Source of the DNA: the human T2T-CHM13v2.0 reference genome, Homo sapiens
DNA: 64,000 nucleotides
Reading direction: 5' to 3' (one strand)
Assembly (NCBI RefSeq): GCF_009914755.1
Contig: NC_060930.1
Shown here: piece after piece, positions 28,574-41,808 of the stretch
How the letters are laid out: each line of letters begins with the position of its first letter
Numbering within the stretch: the stretch's first letter is position 1
Notes under the pieces: model-generated
Database searches by the model: none
What the model was told of the DNA's origin: nothing
The model's input: the letters and a program-made list of their open reading frames with translations, nothing else
Translations under genes and position numbers: made by a program

Positions 28574-29779
28574 TTTCTTTTTTTTTTATGAACTTAAAAG
28601 ATCAGATTTATTTGGAGAAAACAGAAATCCCACAACCCAAAGGATGGGATTTTACATCAAGACATCTCCCAGGTAATAAGTCTACAGATTACAAATCATT
28701 TTCATAGAAGATATTTTTGTACAAGTTTTACATGTATTCAGGAGCAGGACGTTAATCAATCCCTGTTTCTATTTTAATAGGGGGGATAAGGTAGGGGAGA
28801 GGGAGAAACAGTTTTGGATATAACTATTTGGAAGGAGAGTAGACATGAAGAGGGCAAACCCTAGCTTTTCATTTTCTACAATCAATGGTTTTTTTTTCTT
28901 TAAAAAAAACAAAAACAAAAACCTTTCAGTCTTCAATACTCTTTGAAAGCCCACTTCTTAGCTACTGGCCAATCCACACCAATTATTTAAATTCACTTGG
29001 TACACACCTTTGTCCACTGAGTAAATTACATTCATTATGCCCACTGCTGCAGCACGCATAAACCAACACCCCTGCATGGCTGAACAGGGCCTAATCTAGG
29101 ACTGATGGGAGAAGGGCTTGCAAACCAAGATCAAGGTGTCGTTTCTCTGCTCATACTGTCTACCAAGTTGATCCCTACAAAAATGCACATAAAAGCAGGC
29201 AAGTTTAGCTACTGTGTTGCAAGAGAAACCAGGACCTTGTTAAGTAGTTCTCTCCATTACCATTTATTCTCTCAAGGGAAGCTTTAAGAAATAATAATAA
29301 AGAAAAACAACACATTGGTCTGGCCACCTCATGAATCCAACTAGCATTGGTGTGGCATTTCAGTGGAGAAGGAAACTTGGGGGGAAAAAACCCATCAAGG
29401 TTGTCAGAAAGGCTCCCAATTTAACTGTCCCTGTTCCTATTTATCCACCTTCCAAGACCATCCATTATTCTAGAGCACTCTGTTCTATAAAAAAAGGGGT
29501 CAAAACACCAGGAGCAGGCAAGGAGTGAGAATCAAAAGACATCAAGAAACCGATTTGCTTGAGAAAAGCAGCGATTCTTCCTTTCATAGCTCTCCATGGC
29601 TGAGAGAGAAAATGCCGAAGACATCAAGTATGTGACTTAGAGACTGCTTTTTGGGAGGTTAAGAGTAGCATGAAGAACTTAAGATGATGATAAGAGTCTA
29701 AATTTTTAGTTTCAAGGTTTCAACAGACTGTGGATATATTCAAACTTTCAAAAAGGACAGTGTTTAGAAAGGGTAAAAC
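28574..29779 (-). pseudogene. 5'-truncated processed retrocopy containing only an mRNA 3'UTR, probably derived from EIF4B
   Basis: Minus strand: AATAAA at 28607-28612, 19 nt before a poly(A) (T tract 28574-28587); 9-bp TSD taattttct at 28565-28573 and 29780-29788; L1-endonuclease-like TT/AGAAAA site. From memory, the sequence resembles the end of EIF4B mRNA (...ctccaaataaatctgatct...aagttc). Parent identity not verified. Confidence 0.8.
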
Positions 29780-30969
29780 TAATTTTCTAACAGTCTTTCC
29801 TTTTTATTGTAAAAAAAAAAAAAGATGCTCATGTACCGACTGTAAGAATCCCCTAGGTTTCCCACCATATACCTAGAATAAGAACCGTACTTTCCATTCC
29901 ATTTCCTGATACTAGGCATGTCATGATGCACAAAGTAAAATGTCAAAAAAAAAAAAGATAAAACAAACTAGATAACTGAGGTCTTTCAATATCACTTTGG
30001 CTGAAATTATCTTAATATATCAACAACAAAAAATTGTAAAGCTAGATCTATTAAGGTCACCGCCTTTGTTTTTCTCTTTGCTTTCTGAATATACACATAA
30101 TCTGATTAAGAAAGCTTTCAATAAGGGATTGCCTTAAAAGTAAATTGACTTTCTATTGTATAATAGGCTGACATTTCTTGGCAACCTACGGAAGCTGTTC
30201 TGATGAGCCTCTGTGTTAGTAAAGAATACATGTAAGTTGTTTCTGATTGTGATCTTGGTATTGTGTTAATGGCACAGCCCTAAATATGGAGACAAGCCTC
30301 ATGTATTAATGTTGCAAACTTACTAGGAAGAACAAAAACAAAAGGAATAATAATTTATCAAAATCTCAACTAAAACTACATTATACAACATTCAACACAA
30401 TAATCACTGAATACCAAAAAGAATATTGGTTTCATGTGTTTTGTTGAATGAATAATACCAGATTTTCCCGTTGAAGGACAATTTGCAAAGAATATTTGGA
30501 CTATGTATTCTATTGAAAAGATCATCCTTATTTGCAGGAAGAAGCTTGAAGGACATTAGTTTTTTACCTTTAAGCTAATAAAGTAATTCTGATGTATCAG
30601 TGATGAACCACACATACTCCAAAGGAGAACAACCTCACTCCCATCAGCCTTTAAAAAAAATCAAGGCAGAAGAAAAGACTCTATAGATCTTTGTGATCAT
30701 CTTTAAGTTTATATTTAAAAGCTGACACACACATTTGAGTAGAAATGGCTAAATGTGAAGAAAAGGGATGGGGGCACACAAGATAACCAAATGGTTTAGG
30801 GCAAGGTGGTGAGCAGGCAAAGCACAAATGCTGAACCAACAGCAGCATCCTGGCCCCCAGTCAGAAACTGAGCTCTGGCCATAGAAGGAGGCTCTGGTCA
30901 TCTGAACAATGTGAGGTCAGAGAGGATGGGCAAATCTACTTTCTCCCCAACCATCCTGCAGGCTTTCAA

Positions 30970-31290
30970 GATGGTGTTGAAAAACTAGTCGCCCACACTA
31001 TATCTGGCCCTCAAAACACAAGCAGGCTATGAACATGTGAGGTTGGCTCACAAAAAGTTAGGAGACAAAAATCAGGTATGTCATCAACTTTTTAAAATTA
31101 GCAGGCTATGCATAGAAATACAGGTTTTCAAATTCTCCCTTTAAGAAAATAGCCAGTCTGACAAAACTGAGTGTATGTCTTCACAAGCTCAAATAACATG
31201 TTTAGGTGAGCCCTCCAATTTGCCATAGCTCCTACACTGCCTTTTTAATCCCCACCCAACCTGCTTCAGTCATTTATGTTAGATATTATT
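30970..31290. mobile_element. MER102-like hAT-Charlie relic
   Basis: atagaaatacaggttttc...ctgacaaaactg...gccctccaatttgccatagctcc resembles MER102. Confidence 0.45.
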
Positions 31291-31359
31291 TCTTCAACTT
31301 AGTATGTCAATCCTGATGAGAAATCAATTGTTCATTTAATTATAGTTTCTTTGTAAATT

Positions 31360-31779
31360 TACCTGGTTTCTGTTCCAGTAATGTTACATAACAAACAACC
31401 CCAAATCTCCGTGACTTAGAACAGCAATTGCTTATTTCATATTCACAGCTCTATAAATGGACTGCAGTACAGCTGACCTTGGACAGGCTTATTTGGGCCT
31501 AACTGGGTTCTAAGCTTTCTGCTGGGTTCAGGTATGTTCTTCATGTCTTTATCTTGGGAACTATGTTGAAGGAATCAGCCTAGCTGGGACATACTCTTCA
31601 TGAAAGAGTGCAAACTCAAAAGGGTTTCAGATTTGGAGCTCGCACATTGTCATTTTGCCCTTGACCAAAACTAATCACACAGCCAACCCCCAAATCAAGG
31701 ATCCAGGGAAGTATATACCACTCACCCTGGCAATGGTAAGCAAGAAGATTTGTAAGTAAATAATACAACCTGCCACCAT
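31360..31779 (-). mobile_element. MLT1J-like MaLR LTR within an antisense L1ME relic (about 31290-32050)
   Basis: acataacaaacaaccccaaatctccgtgacttagaacagca...ctgggttcaggt...accaaaactaatcacacagccaacccccaaatcaagg. Confidence 0.7.
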
Positions 31780-31992
31780 AGGCAAACTCTGTCTCCTCTC
31801 TTGTACCTTTGAACATTTCCTTTTTATTCTTGATCTATCAAATCACTATTTTTTATTCAAACCACTTGACAGCTGGTGTGAACCTTTTCATTTGAATATC
31901 TTCCTTCAATTCTAGAAAACTTTCCTGTTTTCTTTACATGTTGTTGTTGTTTATAAGCCACTTCCTTTATTATCTTCTGGAATTTCTTTTAG

Positions 31993-32374
<382 letters not shown>

Positions 32375-32563
32375 TCTCTTCTCTTTTTTAAAACTTTGTC
32401 TCTTCGTGTCTCTGTTTTACTGCCTTCTGGACAAACTGCTGGATTTACCTTTCTTATCTCACTTTGTATCCAATTTGGAGTAGCCTATCTACTGTTTTTA
32501 ATTAGCAAATTTATCTTTTTAGTACTTATAATTAATTTATTTTTGCTACCATTTGTTTTATTT

Positions 32564-33389
32564 ATTTATTTATTTAATTTCAATAGCTTTAGGGGTACAA
32601 GTGGTTTTTGGTTACATGGATGAATTGTGCAGGGATAAAATTTGGACTTTTAGTGTATCTGTCACCCAAATAGTGTACTTTGTACCCAAGGGGTAATTTC
32701 TCATCCCTCATCACTTTCTCATTCTTTCCTCTTCTGAGTCTCCAATGTCCATTATACTATTCTGTAGGCCTTTGTATATCCATAGCTTAGCTCCCACTTG
32801 TAAGTTAGAACATGAGGTATTTAGTTTTCTCTTCCTGAGTTACTTCACTTAGGATAATGGCCTCCAGCTCCATCCAAGTTGTTGCAAAAGACATTACTTC
32901 ATTATTTTTTTATGGCTGAGTGGTATTCCATGGTGTGTGTATGCATGTGTATGTGTGTGTACACTACATTTCCCTTATCCACGCATCGATCAACAGGCAT
33001 TTAGGTTGGTTCCATACCTTTGCAATTCTGAATTGTGCTTCAATAAATATACAAGTGCAGGTGCCTTTTTGATATATTGACTGCTTTTCCTTTGGGTAGA
33101 TACCCAGTGGTGAGATTGCTGGATCGAATGGTGGATTTACTTTTAGTTCTTTGAGAAATTTCCTTATTGTTTGTCATAGATGTTGTACCAATTTACATTC
33201 CCATCAATAGTGTACAAGCATTCCCTTTTCACCACATCCATGCTGCCTATCATTTTTTGACTTTTTAATAATGTCCATTATCCTGACTGGGGTAAGGTGG
33301 TATCTTGTAATTTTAATTTGCATTTCCCTGATGATTGGTGATGTTGGGCATTTTTTCATATGTTTGTTGGCCATTTGTACATCCTTTTC
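32564..33389 (-). mobile_element. L1PB-type 3' end, 5'-truncated
   Basis: ttcaatagctttaggggtacaagtggtttttggttacatggatgaattg...; 11-bp TSD ttgttttattt at 32553-32563 and 33390-33400. Confidence 0.9.
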
Positions 33390-33499
33390 TTGTTTTATTT
33401 CTGCCTATTTTTAGTTCATTTTTATCTCCCTTCACCCATAAGCTTATTTGCATCTTTTCCCATGCTTATCTTCTCCTCTCCAAGTCAGTAAAAGAGAAA

Positions 33500-34430
33500 T
33501 TTCTACTGTCTAATTTTTGTAACTTTCAAGATCCCATTCTCCTCTGTGTCCTCATGGCTCTCTGTTGATTATTTTATTTTCACTTGTCTCTTTAAACTCT
33601 CCATATACTATGTCTTAGCCTGTAGCCTTTAAATATATTCAAGTTTAGCTGACCTTTTAAAAATTAAACCTTATACCTCTCTGATATTACCCTCCTTCTC
33701 TTCACAGTTCATATTATGGAAAACAGTACCTGCCATCAGGTTTCTGTTAACTCATCAACAGCTTTGTAAAACCTAAGAAAAATTGCCCATTTCTCTGGAT
33801 GTGACTCTGTGCCAGGGCATGACTCACTGAATGGAGCAAGTAGCTGTGTTTAGCTCACATTCACCTATTTGGCTGAGGGTTCTCACACAAGAAACCACCT
33901 GCATAACCAGATTAAGCCATTGGGCCCCTTACAATCCAATTAATTCTCAAAATCCTAAAGTCTGTCTACTAACCCTACTACATATTGAAAGAACTGCCAC
34001 AAGGTCACCAATATCAACCAGGATGCTAAATCTCAATCATTCTTTTTAATTCTTCTGTTTTTCAATCCCTGCACTAAATTTGACACCAGCGATTACACTC
34101 CTTCTCTCCTACCTGAAATTATTTTGCCTCTTGGTTTCTAGGGACCTCCTCTTCTGAATTTTATATCCAGTTTTTACCTATAGCCTCCATCTACTCTTGA
34201 AGGCTGAGTATAAAGATCATCTCTTTTTGGGAGCTGTATATAATCCCTTCTTATGATCTGTCAAAGCAACCTACTTACATCTATTTCAGTACATATGACA
34301 ACATATCATAACCATATTTGCACATTCTGTTCCCCTACCTCTACTGTCAGCTCTCTTATATCAAAAAACCTAGCATATAATATCTGCCATAGTAAACAGA
34401 TGCTCACTAATTTGAGTAAATGAGTAGGTA
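33500..34430 (+). mobile_element. Fragmented L2
   Basis: tttgacaccagcgattacactccttct...; tail catagtaaacagatgctcactaatttgagtaaatgag. Confidence 0.5.
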
Positions 34431-36399
34431 ATTATGATAATGCCATGCAACATAGCATGTGAAAATTCTTGGTATCTGTGAAATATACAAATAATGTCAT
34501 TTGAAGCAAGTGATATTTTAAGATGAGAAATATGGAAGGTAAAGGGATCATGATGGTTTCAGATATTAACAAGGGGTCTAAAAGAGGTAAGAATAACCAA
34601 AGATATGAGCATTGAAAACAAAGTTCTTTGTTTCCCCGTAGTCCTGCCAAAATGTTCCCGAAGGCATCAGCAGACACTTTCTTTAAGTCTCCTTTATTCA
34701 TTTTTTAAAGCTCTTTGTACTTCAGGCAACAACACCTGAGAGGATTTTTCTGGCAGGCGAAAAAATGTTTGCAATGACTTTGATGATACGGTGACTGAGG
34801 TGAGAATTTTATTGAATTTCTTTTCTGTTTTTTTTTTTTTACACTGACAAGAATTTACAAACAGTAGAGGTAAATAGACCCACATTTCTCTATATTCTTT
34901 GTCATTTAAGGAGATATATTTCTAGTCATTTGCCAGACAAGTAATTGGTCTAAATGTGTCCTCTTATGGAAAAAAAAATGTAGCGTCTTTTATGTATGAC
35001 GGTCAGTCCTGGTACAGTATTCAAATCACGCTGACTTTATTAATCATTGGCTGAAGAGCCCTTGATACTTTATGATACTCTTAATAGTAGATGATGCTTA
35101 AAGTTAGAAAATAATCTGCATCCCATGTATTCTCAGGTGTATTTATCCTTAGGTGCATAAGCAATGGCACACAACCAAAGACTGGCTGCTACCTTCACAT
35201 TCCTTCTAAAGGGGCTAAAAGGAAGAAGTATGGAAAAATGTATCCACTCAAGTAGAAATTTTATATTGAGTGTGCAGTTTTGATTTTGAATGTCTGATTT
35301 TGTTTGTAGGCCAAAAAAGACTGTGATTCCAAATTTGTAAATTAATACAAATAAAAATTAAAATTGCATTAAACATCTTTGTGCAGTAGGATAACAGTTT
35401 TTGAGATGTTAACAACTTTTTTATTTTGATGTTTAGATTTTTTTTCTCTTCTCCATTCAAGCTCATTCAATGTGTTTGTTGCCTCAGAGATGAATGTGAC
35501 AGAGTGTAAATTTGAGAAGAGGGGACTCTTATGTAGATGATTTCCAAAATCCTTTGGACTTAGGAACATGGAGAGGATGACTTAGGGCAGGGACAAATTC
35601 AGAGAAGGAACATCCAAAGTGAGAGAATGAAGGCTCTTTCCACCAGAAAGGAATATAGTGAGAGCAGAGATGTTGAGAAGTGGTGTGAAGACGTCTGAAG
35701 GGAGATAACATAGATATGAGGAATATTTCTGCAAAGGGTCTTACTCTCAACCTTTCATTATGGGAGCTGAGTCTGCAGCAATAGACTGCTCCCGGTGAAG
35801 ATCACTCAGCCTCATGCTCATTGATGCTCTGGCACTGCCTAAAATCTGAGGGCCATGTGTAAACTTTCCAGCTCTCATTTTTTCCTTGTACATTAAGGCC
35901 AAAGAGACAGAGAACCATTCTTTCCAAGGTCCTGCTCTTGTTGGGCAGATAGGTCCCTTCTTTGTCATCACTTTCCTCAGTATGTGCCCAGCATGATTGA
36001 TGCTGTCTATTATCTAAAAATGTCCTTCAATAACTTCCTTGACTCTTACAGCACCCCAGGACATCCATAAACCAAAATGTGTATTTCCCTGAACAGCAAG
36101 CAAGGAGGTGGGCATTGAGGAAGTGTTAAGTCCCTATACTTGTATTAATGGGAGCTGGGATGGGGAAGTAGGTGGTATTGAATGGAATCAGTTTTCTGAA
36201 CCAGAGACTCATCAATGGCATGGGTAGATGGAAAGAAAATTTCTTCCCTTACCCAAGATATTTCTAACAAACATGTTATCTAAGTATGCATATTACATTT
36301 ATGTTTCTTTTCTAAACATTTTACATAGCTATTAAGTAAAGTTGGTAAGTAAACTATGGTATGGCATTTTCTTTTTTAGCTATAACTTCTGTTTTACAG

Positions 36400-36690
36400 A
36401 ACTGGCACACTGAGCACCCATAAACTTATTTTGTTTAGCTCACACAGTGTTTAATTAAAATTAATTACTAGCATTTAAATATTTTGAAATTTCAAATGAA
36501 AATCCAAGTTTCTGACTACTCTTGTAAACCTGGATAGTTGAACAACACTGGGACTGTTCTTGCGTGGCTGCAGTTGACTGCAGCTGAATAGATACTGGTG
36601 CCCTAAGCCAAGGCAAGTGCTCTCTAGCCACTTGCCCACAACCACTTTATTCATTCCCTTTTCTTTCTGGGCCTTGAAGCATTAGCGTGC
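36400..36690. mobile_element. MER102-like hAT-Charlie relic
   Basis: ttttgtttagctcacacagtg...aaaatccaagtttctgactactcttg...aacactggg...ctgcagctgaatag. Confidence 0.6.
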
Positions 36691-39079
36691 AAAAATGCTT
36701 GCATAAGGAAGCTTAATATCCCTTCCAAGAATGATCTAGTCTTTCAATTTCAAGATGAAATACGGCACACTGATAAATATTTGCTGCACACACACACTTA
36801 AAAACACAAAGTATATACATCCTCATGAATCAAATCATCCTCAAGTCTAAATAACTAAAAGGGAGACATATCTCCTGTTTTGAAAGAAAGCCCTGTAGGA
36901 TTTAAAATACAAGGAATGCATGGAGAAGGTGGGCAGCATGTACACAGCTGAAATATAATGGATCAATCTAACAAGAAATCTTGCACAGAGATTCTAAAAG
37001 AATAGTCAGCTTTTTCCTCTTAGAAAAACCAGCATTGACAATGGAGAGAATAGGGAAGGTTCTGGGACACAGAATAAGAAGGACAAAAGTTTATCTTTGG
37101 AAAACTAAACCTGTAACCACTTGTTAACACTTTATTTTACAAATCTGCTCTTGATTTATGAAATTTTCAAAGATAGTTAAAATCATCCTTTCCTAAGAAG
37201 AACCACTCCTTTTTACATTTAAAAGAATCCTAGACATTTGAGCAATAATAGTTTATAGATACCATTGCCTTAAATAAATGTAAAAAAGAACTCAGGACAT
37301 CTCTTTTGCCAAGATTACTCAAAATTTAGGAAATTACATAAATACACTCAGAAGTTCAAGGGTCAGCTTTTCTTTATCTTCAGTCTTCATCACGCATTTG
37401 CAATACATTATAAAGACTGATAGCTTCCATAAGCAGATAAAAAAATTGTTGGGATAGGAAAGTTTAATCGATATAACTTAAAAGTACCACAGATACCTGA
37501 TGAATGTCAAAATGTCATATTCCCCTTTTTGCTGTGTTACTAGAGCCATTTGATTTTAAAGAAAACGTAAAATGTCAAAGCATCAGAAAATTTCTGTATG
37601 GTCTTTCTGTTCAAGGTTCCCCATCTTTCTTGGCTATTAACCAATATACTCAAGAAAAAGCTTTCATCACTCCAAAAAAAAAAAAAAAAAATTTCAAGGG
37701 GGTTAGCACTTGAGGCATTGTCTTCCTTAAAACACTTCCTATTTGATTCCCTCTGACAGCTGTTTATGTTGAAGATTACTAACATTCCCAAAGTACTTCA
37801 TAGTAAAGATTAAACCTGAAGATTACAAAGGTTTATGCATTTTCACATACTGTGATGTGACCTTAATCTACTTAAATCTAAAGAAAAAAAGTCATTTTAC
37901 AAAGACCCATTTAGCTATTTCGACATGATTCTTTATTTTTTTGGATGCTTATTTGGCATATGAGCCAGAAATTTAAAATGTAACAAAAAATATGTCTTGA
38001 AAAAAATTAAAAACAGGCATTTGCAGCACGATGGAAAAGTTCTATAGAGCTTTGAGGGAAGTCCATTCAATTTCACTGGCATTCATAAATGATGACTAAT
38101 GCATTCAAATAGAATGAGTAATTTACCAAATTACAGACATTTGGATGGGCTCAGAATGAAGATGTTGTTTGTTTGGATATGTCCTGAAGTGAATCTCAAT
38201 GAGGTTTACTTTGTTATGCCTGACTCTACAAATAGACTTCAGTCACAATTTGAACAAAAGCCCTGACATGTAAATAAATGTGCAAATGATGCCCAGCTAC
38301 ATTATTCTTTTTGTCCTCGGACCACTCAGGAACAGTCAACTCCATTAAAAAATATCAGTCACAAATAGATGGCACCATTGTACTTATCACAAAAGCACCA
38401 TAAAATAGGCTTCTCTTGGCAAGTTATCAGTGTTATACCCATTCTCTTCACGCCACAAAAACCAAGTCCACACATGCTACAAAATACCTCTCCTAGCAGC
38501 CATGGGCTACCCTACAAAAAGTGGACCCTCCACACTTGCATGCTAGTGCCTCATAATATTGGCATCTCCTATCGGACAGCACAAGAAAAGAGCTTTAAAA
38601 TTCAGAGTGCTTCTTTTAAAGGGCTTCCACCCACTGTTATGAAGCAGAGATGAAGGGCAACAGCAAACCCAATTTCCAGTCACAACAACATATGCATTGC
38701 TAAATGTCTTGTGATGGGGCTCAAACTCCAACACACTTTGGCAGTTTCTGTAAAGGTCAGAAATTCCAGGTGATAATATAAAATCAATCCTTCATATAAT
38801 TGTTTCATATGTATCCCAAAATGAATTAGACCTACTATACATCTGGTCCAAAAATTCTGAACATTTGCTAAAGTTGACTGAAAAAATAAAAATATAACCT
38901 TTGCCTCATAAACTGAATTGAATTACTAACAAATTATTCTAGAGGTAATCACTTCATTACTTCAGCTACAAAATCTACCTAATTGGATTTTGATAATCAG
39001 GGGAAATCTTACTACTACCGTGTCCAAAGCAGTTCTGTCCATTTTCCTGCCAGAATGGTCATGATCCCGGCAACTGTTA

Positions 39080-40250
39080 GCCTGTTCATTCTGAGGCTTC
39101 ATTCAAATACATATATACCACACCAAATATACCACAGATACAGCAGAAATGGTTCCTGAGACCTGGAGGATACAATCTTGCATAGAAGAGATATGTTGAC
39201 CAAGTGACTGGAGGATCATAAGGGCTGTAAATTACCAGTACAAAATTCTGTGGAAGATTACCACAGAATTACCACAGATTCCCTTGTTCCCTAGTCTAAG
39301 GGAACAAGGATGGCTTCTCTAAGGAGCGATGTTTAAGCTGAGACTTGAAGGGTGGTGCTACTGACGAGGTGAGTAAGTAGCATGAGCAGGTAGGAGGATT
39401 CCAAGCCAAAGAAACAGGACATCCAGAGGCTCCAGACGAAGGAGGATGATGTATGTGGAACTGCACCGAGGCTAGTGTGGCTGGAGTAGAGAGAGGCAGG
39501 AAGTGTCTAAGGCTGAGGCACCAGAGGCAAGAGTCAGTCAGATCATCCTAGGCCTTAGAAACTTCTTAGAGCCTGTGGGTTTTATTCCAGAGATGACTAA
39601 AAGTCATTAGAAGGTGGAAGAGTTTTGCTAGGGCTGCCTTGACGAAGTACCACAGACTGAGTGGCTGAACCAATTCATTTTCTCACAATTCTGGAATTTA
39701 GAAGCCCAAGATCATGATGTCAGCAAGAATGTTTTCTCACAATTCTGGAATTTATTTTATCACAATTCTGGAAGTTAGAAGCCCAAGATTGCGATGCCAG
39801 CAAGGTTGGTTTCTTCTGAGGGCTCTCTCCTCGGCCTGCAGATGGCTGTCTTTTTCCCTGTGTCTTCACATGGTCTTCCTTCTGTATGCAGCTGTGTCAT
39901 AATCTCTTCTTATAAGGATACTAGTAATATTGGATTAGGAGCCACCCATCCCAGTGACCTTATTTTAACTAAGTTAGCTCTTTAAAGAGCCTATCTCTAA
40001 ACATAGTCATATTCTAAGGTACTGGGGGCTACGGATTCAATATATAAATTTTTCAGGGATGCACAATTCAGCCCATACCAGAAGGTTTAGCAGAGGGCAA
40101 TTATATAACCCCATTTAGGCTTGACACGTGCACTCTGCTTGTAAGTTGGAAAGTGTAGCAGAGGGCCAAGACAGAAGGTGGGCCAAGAGCCAAGGTGCCA
40201 TTGACAGGGCCTCTTCTGTAATCCAGGGAAGAGAACACAGTGGGGCAGGG
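39080..40250 (-). mobile_element. L2 LINE (antisense), split by MLT1A0
   Basis: ttcattcaaatacatat...tttaagctgagacttgaagg...gtgtggctggagtagag...cagatcatcctaggcc; resumes at 40086. Confidence 0.7.
39615..40080 (-). mobile_element. MLT1A0-like solo LTR with internal duplications
   Basis: ...ttgctagggctgcc...cacaattcagcccatacca; perfect TSD gaagg at 39610-39614 and 40081-40085. Confidence 0.88.
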
Positions 40251-40996
40251 CCCCAGCTTTGCTTCCTGGAGACTGGTGAGTATATCCAGACAAGAAGTAA
40301 CTTGGGAAAAAGGACACCCATCACTTTGTACCAGCAGAGAAGAAGACAAGGGAAGCAGAAAGCAAATAGATTTGTAGCTATGATGTCAGGAAGTTAAGTT
40401 GGTTTGTTTTCATGGTTTCTCTTTTAATTTTCTTTGAGGTAGGACATCTGCTGAGAATGAGAAGAGAGAAAATTGCAGATGTGAATTGAGTAGAAAATAT
40501 TTTAAATTGCCATTTCAGGGAGTGGGGAAGCAAGCTAACAAAAAATCTCATTAGAATTTCTATGCAGTGTTAAAAGCCCCTTAAGGATGAGTGACCACAG
40601 ATTCAAAGTGGCATCCATGTCCCCTTTTTGTGGATTTTATTTTGCTGTCATGCTTGACTATGTGGGGACAGATGTGGGGATGGTGAAGAGCTGGATTATT
40701 CCAGAGTTCAGATTCTCAGGACAGAGTATTCTTCCTGGAGAACTGCAAGAGGAGTTCTGGGCCACAGCTGTTCCAGCTCAACCCCTGGGAATTTCCCAGG
40801 TGCTTGGAATTTGAAGTTATAATTTCACAAAAAAAGCCTGGGATGGTAGATGTTTTCTGGCAGTGCTGCTGAAATGAAAACCTCCTGGAAGCTTTTCACC
40901 TTGCTGTGTGGCTCCTGGGGACTCCTTGCACATCTTGAGGCTCCTCCTGTGTGCCACAGCTCCACATCTATGCTAGATTCATTGTGTCACGTTTAT

Positions 40997-41398
40997 ATTT
41001 TTTTCTTTTTTTTTTTTATCTTTTTTTTGAGATGGAGTTTCGCTCTTGTTGCCCAGGCTAGAGTGCAGTGGTGAATGGTGCGATCTCGGCTCACTGCAAC
41101 CTTCACTTCCTGAGTTCAAGTGATTCTCCTGCCTCAGGCTAGAGTGCAATGGTGAATGGTGCGATCTCGGCTCACTGCAACCTTCACCTCCTGAGTTCAA
41201 GTGATTCTCCTGCCTCAGCCTCCTGAGTAGCTGGGATTATAGGCATGTTCCACTACACCCGGCTAATTTTGTATTTTTAGTAGAGATGGGATTTCTCCAT
41301 GTTGCTAAGGCTGGTCTCGAACTCCCAACCTCAGGTGATCCACCCGCCTCAGTCTCCCAAAGTGCTGGGATTACAGGAATGAGCCACTGAGCCCAGCC
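40997..41398 (-). mobile_element. AluSp-like with an 81-bp internal tandem duplication
   Basis: gagtttcgctcttgttgcccagg and tttctccatgtt (Sp-like positions); duplicated unit at 41054-41134 and 41135-41215. Confidence 0.95.
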
Positions 41399-41762
41399 TG
41401 TATTTCTTTACTTCAGCTATTTCAAATGTCTTCTTGCCTGCATATTTCCCTATATAGGAAACATGCTTATAATTTAGTACAAAAAAAAAGATTATATTCA
41501 TGCCACATAGCACACAATAAAGCACAAGACATGATGAAGGGCTGCTGCCTTTATGTCATTCTCCTGGTTCACATGCTAAAGTACCACCAGGATTTTGGAA
41601 ATTGAAAAAAAATCATTTCTCTTCTGAAAAAAATATGGAAATCTTGCAGAGTCTGAACACAAAGAAGGAAGGTACTTTGGGATGTCTAGGAATTTAATGC
41701 TTCCATCAGGCCATGTGTGCATGAGAATTCATTCCAAACTGTCCATTGTCTCCCCACAGCAA

Positions 41763-41763
<1 letters not shown>

Positions 41764-41805
<42 letters not shown>
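41764..41805. repeat. (CG)4(CA)n compound microsatellite
   Basis: cgcgcgcgcacacaca... about 42 bp of alternating purine-pyrimidine. Confidence 0.95.

Positions 41806-41808
<3 letters not shown>

Noticed and set aside
39678-39803. Spaced direct repeats superficially like a CRISPR array
   Set aside because: Only 2-3 irregular copies inside an MLT1 LTR in primate DNA; no unique equal-length spacers or cas genes.
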